Shown here one piece after another: positions 46,190-49,865 of a stretch of DNA of 49,865 nt. Position numbers and translations under genes: made by a program. How positions within the stretch are numbered: position 1 is the stretch's first letter; each line of letters begins with the position of its first letter. The notes under the pieces are model-generated. The model was not told the origin of the DNA and ran no database searches. It saw nothing but the letters and a program-made list of their open reading frames with translations. Source of the stretch: Polaromonas sp. (lineage in GTDB: Bacteria > Pseudomonadota > Gammaproteobacteria > Burkholderiales > Burkholderiaceae_C); NCBI GenBank assembly GCA_013205645.1, contig JABMMH010000233.1, positions 1-49,865 of the forward strand, written 5' to 3'.

Positions 46190-46795
46190 ATGCAAGCCGC
46201 CCTCACCCCCGATCAAATACGCTTTCAGAAGAGTTTTAATCTGAGCGCAGGCCAGGTTTTTCGCCGTAAAGACTTGGCCGACAAACACCCCAGTGTTGAC
46301 CGGGAACTGGGGCGCTACGTGCGTTCGGGCTTGGTGTGTAAAGCCGCTCAAGGTCTTTACTACGTCCCCAAGACGACGCCTTTTGGCCAAGCGCCGCCAG
46401 ACGATGAAGCGCTGGTGGCCAAGTTTTTGGACGACACACGCTTTCTGGTCTTCAACCCCAGCAGCTACAACGCCCTAGGGCTGGGTACCACCCAGCTTTA
46501 CAACACCACCGTGGTCTATAACCACAAACGCCACGGCAAATTCATGTTGGCCGGGTTTGAGTTTGACTTCCGGGAAAAGCCGCACTTTCCCAGCGCAAGC
46601 CAGGTCACCCGCGAGTTTTTGTTGGTGGACATGCTCAACAACCTCGCCCACTTGGCTGAAGACACAGATACCGTGCTCAAAGCCGTGCAAGCCAAGCTGA
46701 GCAGCTTTGATGAAAAGCGCCTGCAACAAGCCGTCACCGACTATGCCTCGGCCCGCACCCGGCGCATCTTCAGTGAATGGGCCACCCATGGCTGA
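46190..46795 (+). CDS. abiEi: Type IV TA antitoxin / transcriptional regulator, AbiEi-like
   Basis: Winged-helix N-terminus (GQVFRRKDL...GLYYVP), NALGLGTTQ; overlaps the nucleotidyltransferase gene. Confidence 0.78.
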   Translation: MQAALTPDQIRFQKSFNLSAGQVFRRKDLADKHPSVDRELGRYVRSGLVCKAAQGLYYVPKTTPFGQAPPDDEALVAKFLDDTRFLVFNPSSYNALGLGTTQLYNTTVVYNHKRHGKFMLAGFEFDFREKPHFPSASQVTREFLLVDMLNNLAHLAEDTDTVLKAVQAKLSSFDEKRLQQAVTDYASARTRRIFSEWATHG

Positions 46796-47801
46796 AGCTA
46801 AAAGGCCGGCTCGCACCAGCAAGACCGCCGTTTTTCTGCACGATCACCCCAATTTTTTGGACCTGCTTCGCCAAGTCGGCCAGGCGCGGGGCGTCAACCC
46901 CTACTTGGTTGAAAAAGACTACTGGCTCATGCACAGCTTGTGGTGCTTGCAGCAACAGGGCTGGTCATTCCAGCTCAAGGGCGGCACATCTTTGTCTAAG
47001 GGTTTCCAATTGATACAGCGCTTTTCTGAAGATATTGACCTGCGCATTGAGCCGCCGCCAAGCCACGACGTTAAAACAGGCAAAAACCAGGACAAGCCCG
47101 CGCAGCAAAGCTCTCGCCAAGCTTATTTCGACTGGTTGGCGCAAGAAATGGCGGCCAAGCAGATGCCCGGTATCGAGAGCATCGAACGTGACACCGAGTA
47201 CGACGATTCCAAGTTCCGCAGTGCTGGCATCCGCTTGGCCTACCAGCCCAGAACCGAACACCTACAGGGCGTCAAAGAAGGCATCTTGTTGGAAGTAGGC
47301 TTTGACGACACCGCCCCCAACACCCCCTGCGATGTGTCGTCTTGGGCGTTGGACGCGGCGCTGAAAAGCACGGTTGCTGTTGTTGACAACCGCGCCACGG
47401 GCGTGCTGTGTTACAGCCCGGCCTGCACCTTTGTTGAAAAGCTGCAAACCGTCTCCACCAAGTTTCGCAACCAGCAAAGCTTGGCCCAGCAAAGTGGCAA
47501 CGCTGCCAGCAGCTTCCCCAAGAACTTTTTGCGCCATTACTACGACCTGTATTGCCTGCTGGACAGCCCGGAAGTGCTGGCATTCATCGGCACACCGGCC
47601 TACCACGCCCGTAAACAAGTGCGCTTTCCTGTTGCCGACAACCAGCACATTGCCAGCAACGAGGCTTTTTTATTGAGCCAGCCCGAAGTTCGCGCCCTCT
47701 ACATCGCCAAATACAAAGAAACCAGCGGTCTGTATTACGCAGGCCAAGTACCGTTCGACGACCTGTTGGCACGCGTTGCCCAGAACATGGGTCGGCTTTG
47801 A
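46788..47801 (+). CDS. abiEii: Nucleotidyltransferase toxin, AbiEii/AbiGii family
   Basis: VEKDYW, LKGGTSLSK, RFSEDIDL, EKL, RHYYDL. Confidence 0.92.
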   Translation: MAEAKRPARTSKTAVFLHDHPNFLDLLRQVGQARGVNPYLVEKDYWLMHSLWCLQQQGWSFQLKGGTSLSKGFQLIQRFSEDIDLRIEPPPSHDVKTGKNQDKPAQQSSRQAYFDWLAQEMAAKQMPGIESIERDTEYDDSKFRSAGIRLAYQPRTEHLQGVKEGILLEVGFDDTAPNTPCDVSSWALDAALKSTVAVVDNRATGVLCYSPACTFVEKLQTVSTKFRNQQSLAQQSGNAASSFPKNFLRHYYDLYCLLDSPEVLAFIGTPAYHARKQVRFPVADNQHIASNEAFLLSQPEVRALYIAKYKETSGLYYAGQVPFDDLLARVAQNMGRL

Positions 47802-47825
47802 TACTTTCAATGATTCAGTAGAACT

Positions 47826-47848
47826 TGGTCTGCCCGGAGGGGATCGAA
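47826..47848 (-). mobile_element. att core: duplicated tRNA 3' end (probably tRNA-Arg)
   Basis: Reverse complement TTCGATC-CCCTC-CGGGCAG-A-CCA = T-loop, T-stem, acceptor strand, discriminator and CCA; no 5' part of the tRNA adjacent. Confidence 0.85.
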
Positions 47849-47896
47849 GATCAAGCTGTAACCCGCATTAATGCTAGGTTCTTGACTTTCTGTTTT

Positions 47897-47920
47897 TAAA
47901 AGTACCGTTAAAAGTACCGT
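47897..47920. repeat. Tandem 12-bp direct repeat, probable integrase arm-type sites
   Basis: TAAAAGTACCGT x2 (plus partial TAAAAGT at 47927), about 50 bp inside the att core. Confidence 0.7.
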
Positions 47921-48053
47921 CAAAAATAAAAGTGTCCCCCTTTGTAGTGGTTTTGACACGGCTTGAGGCGATCTGTCACATTCGCCGGTCTGGGTGCTGC
48001 CGTGAAGCATGGGCGAAACCTACATTTCGTTGATCTCGATAGCACCAGCCAAC

Positions 48054-48080
48054 AAAAAACCCAGCGGGGTAGGCTGGGTT
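48054..48080 (-). terminator. Intrinsic terminator for the 48098-48460 gene
   Basis: Minus strand AACCCAGC-CTACCCC-GCTGGGTT continuing into a T-run. Confidence 0.8.
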
Positions 48081-48097
48081 CGGTGAGGCTCTTCAGC

Positions 48098-48460
48098 CTA
48101 AAAAACTAAAGCCTGCAATTTTGTAAATGATTTGGCATCGGTTGTGGCTAGCATTTTTCTACCGTCCTTGAATTGCGCAATGAACGTTACGTCTGTCCCT
48201 TTGCCACCCAGCAAAAGGCCCGCCAACAGTCCAACAGGCCCCAGCAAGGCTGCTCCAGCTACTCCCCATCCAATCGTCCCGCCTGTTCGCTTTACCGACT
48301 CCTCGGACGCCAAGGAAACGGACTCCAACAGTCCGGGAAGAACAAGCGTCTTCCCTTGACTAAAGCCATCTCCATTTGTCCAAGGAAAAGTTATGACGTT
48401 GAACGTTAGCGTTCCTTTGCCGTTGGTGAAATCACCCGCAAGAATCTGAATTTTTGCCAT
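48098..48460 (-). CDS. Hypothetical protein with glycine-zipper hydrophobic segment
   Basis: GAGG RBS before ATG 48460; GGTIGWGVAGAALLGPVGLLAGLLLGG; terminator follows. Confidence 0.85.
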   Translation of the reverse strand: MAKIQILAGDFTNGKGTLTFNVITFPWTNGDGFSQGKTLVLPGLLESVSLASEESVKRTGGTIGWGVAGAALLGPVGLLAGLLLGGKGTDVTFIAQFKDGRKMLATTDAKSFTKLQALVF

Positions 48461-48557
48461 AGCAGCCTCTATTTGTGAATGCGGGTAGTCCGCCGTTAGC
48501 TCAAAAAGAGGTCTTGCTTTTCTCAAGCCCCGCGTCAATGAGCTTTTACCCCTCACG

Positions 48558-48591
48558 AATTAACAACTGTGCCATCGGCTTGTTGTTAATT
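48558..48591. promoter_or_regulatory. Perfect 10-bp inverted repeat in a divergent promoter region
   Basis: AATTAACAAC-N14-GTTGTTAATT. Confidence 0.55.
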
Positions 48592-48633
48592 GTTAAGTAT
48601 GTCATAGTCGCCGAATTGAATAAAAAGGAACTA

Positions 48634-48963
48634 ATGCAAGGACTTATCAAAATCGCGAGTGTTTTGGCGGTGTTCGTAGCCACCAGCGCTTTCGGCGTAC
48701 CTGTCGGCGGTGCAAAGCTAGATGTTCTGAATCAGTTCAAAAGCAAATCTGAACCAACGGCAAAAGACGCTTTGTGGACTTCACCATCTATGTTCAAAGT
48801 GGGCGTTCTCGATAACGGGTCTGACCGCGACCTTTACGCCAAGTACGTCTGTGGCGTCATGGCCGATAACGGAGTCAAGGGGGTGTCTGTTCAGGTCATC
48901 GACATCGTGCAACTCGTCAGAAAAGACAAGTGGGTCAAGCTTGGTGAAAGCCGTTGTAAATAA
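48634..48963 (+). CDS. Small exported hypothetical protein with two Cys
   Basis: AAGGAA RBS; signal peptide ending SAFG; YAKYVC...ESRCK. Confidence 0.82.
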   Translation: MQGLIKIASVLAVFVATSAFGVPVGGAKLDVLNQFKSKSEPTAKDALWTSPSMFKVGVLDNGSDRDLYAKYVCGVMADNGVKGVSVQVIDIVQLVRKDKWVKLGESRCK

Positions 48964-48985
48964 CACCTCATCAAAAAAGTGAAAA

Positions 48986-49273
48986 ATGAAAAAGCTAGTC
49001 GTCATCATTGCAGTCTTATTTTTATCCGCCTGTGCCGGTAGTGGTTCTATAAAGTGGAATGAGGCAAGAAAGATAAAAGTAGGAATGACCGAAAAGGAAG
49101 TTAAAGAGGTAATGGGAAGCCCGTATCAAGCCCAAGTCCTTGGCAACGATGGAACTTATCGATGGGTGTGGGTTGATGTCAATCTAATGATGGGCACTCA
49201 AAAAATGTCTGCTGAGTTTAAAAATGGGGTTGTTGTCAGCGTTCCTTTTATCCCAGAATCGTTCGACAATTAA
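48986..49273 (+). CDS. SmpA/OmlA (BamE)-like lipoprotein
   Basis: Lipobox LSAC; IKVGMTEKEVKEVMGSP, a W-x-W strand and FKNGVV as in BamE/BLIP-fold proteins. Confidence 0.8.
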   Translation: MKKLVVIIAVLFLSACAGSGSIKWNEARKIKVGMTEKEVKEVMGSPYQAQVLGNDGTYRWVWVDVNLMMGTQKMSAEFKNGVVVSVPFIPESFDN

Positions 49274-49296
49274 ATTTTATCGCTGTTAAGGTTTTT

Positions 49297-49635
49297 ATGA
49301 CTAACGAAGAATTGACTCAGGAAGTGGCGGAATTGAAAGAGGGCATGCTCTCTCTGTACGAGCTAACGGGGTCGCTCAGCAAGGCGTTAAGCGAAAACAT
49401 GGCAAGTCTCGTTGCCGGTGGCGAAAGCTACGCGGGCACGTTGAAGGCGCGAGTCGCTGTGTCCGATGCCTTGGTGTGCGCTTTAGTGCAAAGCAAACTT
49501 ATCAATCCACAACTTTTTGAGCTAGCCCTAAAGGGACAGATTGATTTTCACCGCGCTGATTTGTTCGATGGGGAGAAGCCCAATTTCGACACCAGCATCA
49601 GTAACACCAAAATGTGGATTGATGCTTTGAAATGA
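49297..49635 (+). CDS. Hypothetical helical protein
   Basis: AAGG RBS, 112-aa ORF, stop overlaps next start (ATGA). Confidence 0.7.
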   Translation: MTNEELTQEVAELKEGMLSLYELTGSLSKALSENMASLVAGGESYAGTLKARVAVSDALVCALVQSKLINPQLFELALKGQIDFHRADLFDGEKPNFDTSISNTKMWIDALK

Positions 49636-49865
49636 AGAAGCTCATCCTCGCCTGCGCACTGGCAACCAGCGCTATGTCAGCTTTTGCTGCGTGGACGAAG
49701 GTCTGGGAATCGAACACGTATACCTTTTACATAGACTACGAGACCATACGCAAGGATGGAGTCCTGCGTAAGGTTTGGGCAGTGCTAGAAAATAAACAAC
49801 TGGCTACAAACGGTGTAATGTCTTCTCGCTCGAGGAACGAGTATGACTGCAAAGCAGAGCGCTGG
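49632..49865 (+). CDS. Surface-adhesin E-like exported protein (3'-truncated by window edge; not in ORF track)
   Basis: MKKLILACALATSAMSAFA-AWTKVWES...FYIDYETIRKDGVLRKVW...EYDCKAERW; open to end of window. Confidence 0.75.
   Translation, partial: MKKLILACALATSAMSAFAAWTKVWESNTYTFYIDYETIRKDGVLRKVWAVLENKQLATNGVMSSRSRNEYDCKAERW

Larger units (their letters stand above)
47826..49865. mobile_element. Left end of a tRNA-integrated genomic island or prophage (continues beyond window)
   Basis: att core, arm-type repeats, abrupt shift to AT-richer DNA, small hypothetical genes. Confidence 0.78.

Noticed and set aside
47826-47900. Intact tRNA gene
   Set aside because: Only 23 nt of the 3' end match; adjacent sequence cannot form the T-stem, anticodon or D arms
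47807-48010. 67-aa minus-strand ORF across the att site
   Set aside because: Spans the att core and arm repeats; the LTVLLTVL pattern merely translates the 12-bp repeat
48009-48086. 25-codon ORF MGETYISLIS...
   Set aside because: No Shine-Dalgarno and it runs through the terminator hairpin; cannot be supported
48070-48098. Hammerhead-like CTGAAGAG...CGAAC on the minus strand
   Set aside because: Lacks the GAAA core and convincing stems; overlaps an ordinary terminator

Overview
Chromosomal window from a betaproteobacterium, most likely Burkholderiales/Comamonadaceae (inferred from gene order and protein sequences). Bases 1-35,400 are almost all conserved housekeeping genes: sucA(partial)-sucB-lpdA-zapE, yoaA/dinG, bamD/rluD, scpB-rluB, ndk-rlmN-pilW-rodZ-ispG-hisS-yfgM-bamB-der-hfq-hflXKC, hisZ-purA, metC, mnmH-tesA/ybbA, rlmB and a chromate transporter pair. 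Bases 35,400-47,800 are mixed and partly accessory: a frameshifted fabG-like pseudogene missing from the ORF track, an orphan PAS histidine kinase followed by a CHRD lipoprotein, ygiQ, an orphan ParB-like gene, pobA/pobR with its operator, a flavodoxin, opgD and an AbiEi/AbiEii type IV toxin-antitoxin pair. At 47,826-47,848 a 23-bp copy of a tRNA 3' end (att core), followed by arm-type repeats, marks the left edge of an AT-richer integrated element that runs off the window. Its visible cargo is a candidate small RNA, a glycine-zipper membrane protein and an operon of small, mostly exported proteins. That cassette is the best candidate for an undescribed system, but its function cannot be established from sequence alone. 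No rRNA, intact tRNA, CRISPR array, integrase or transposase was seen. All calls are by eye, with no database searches.
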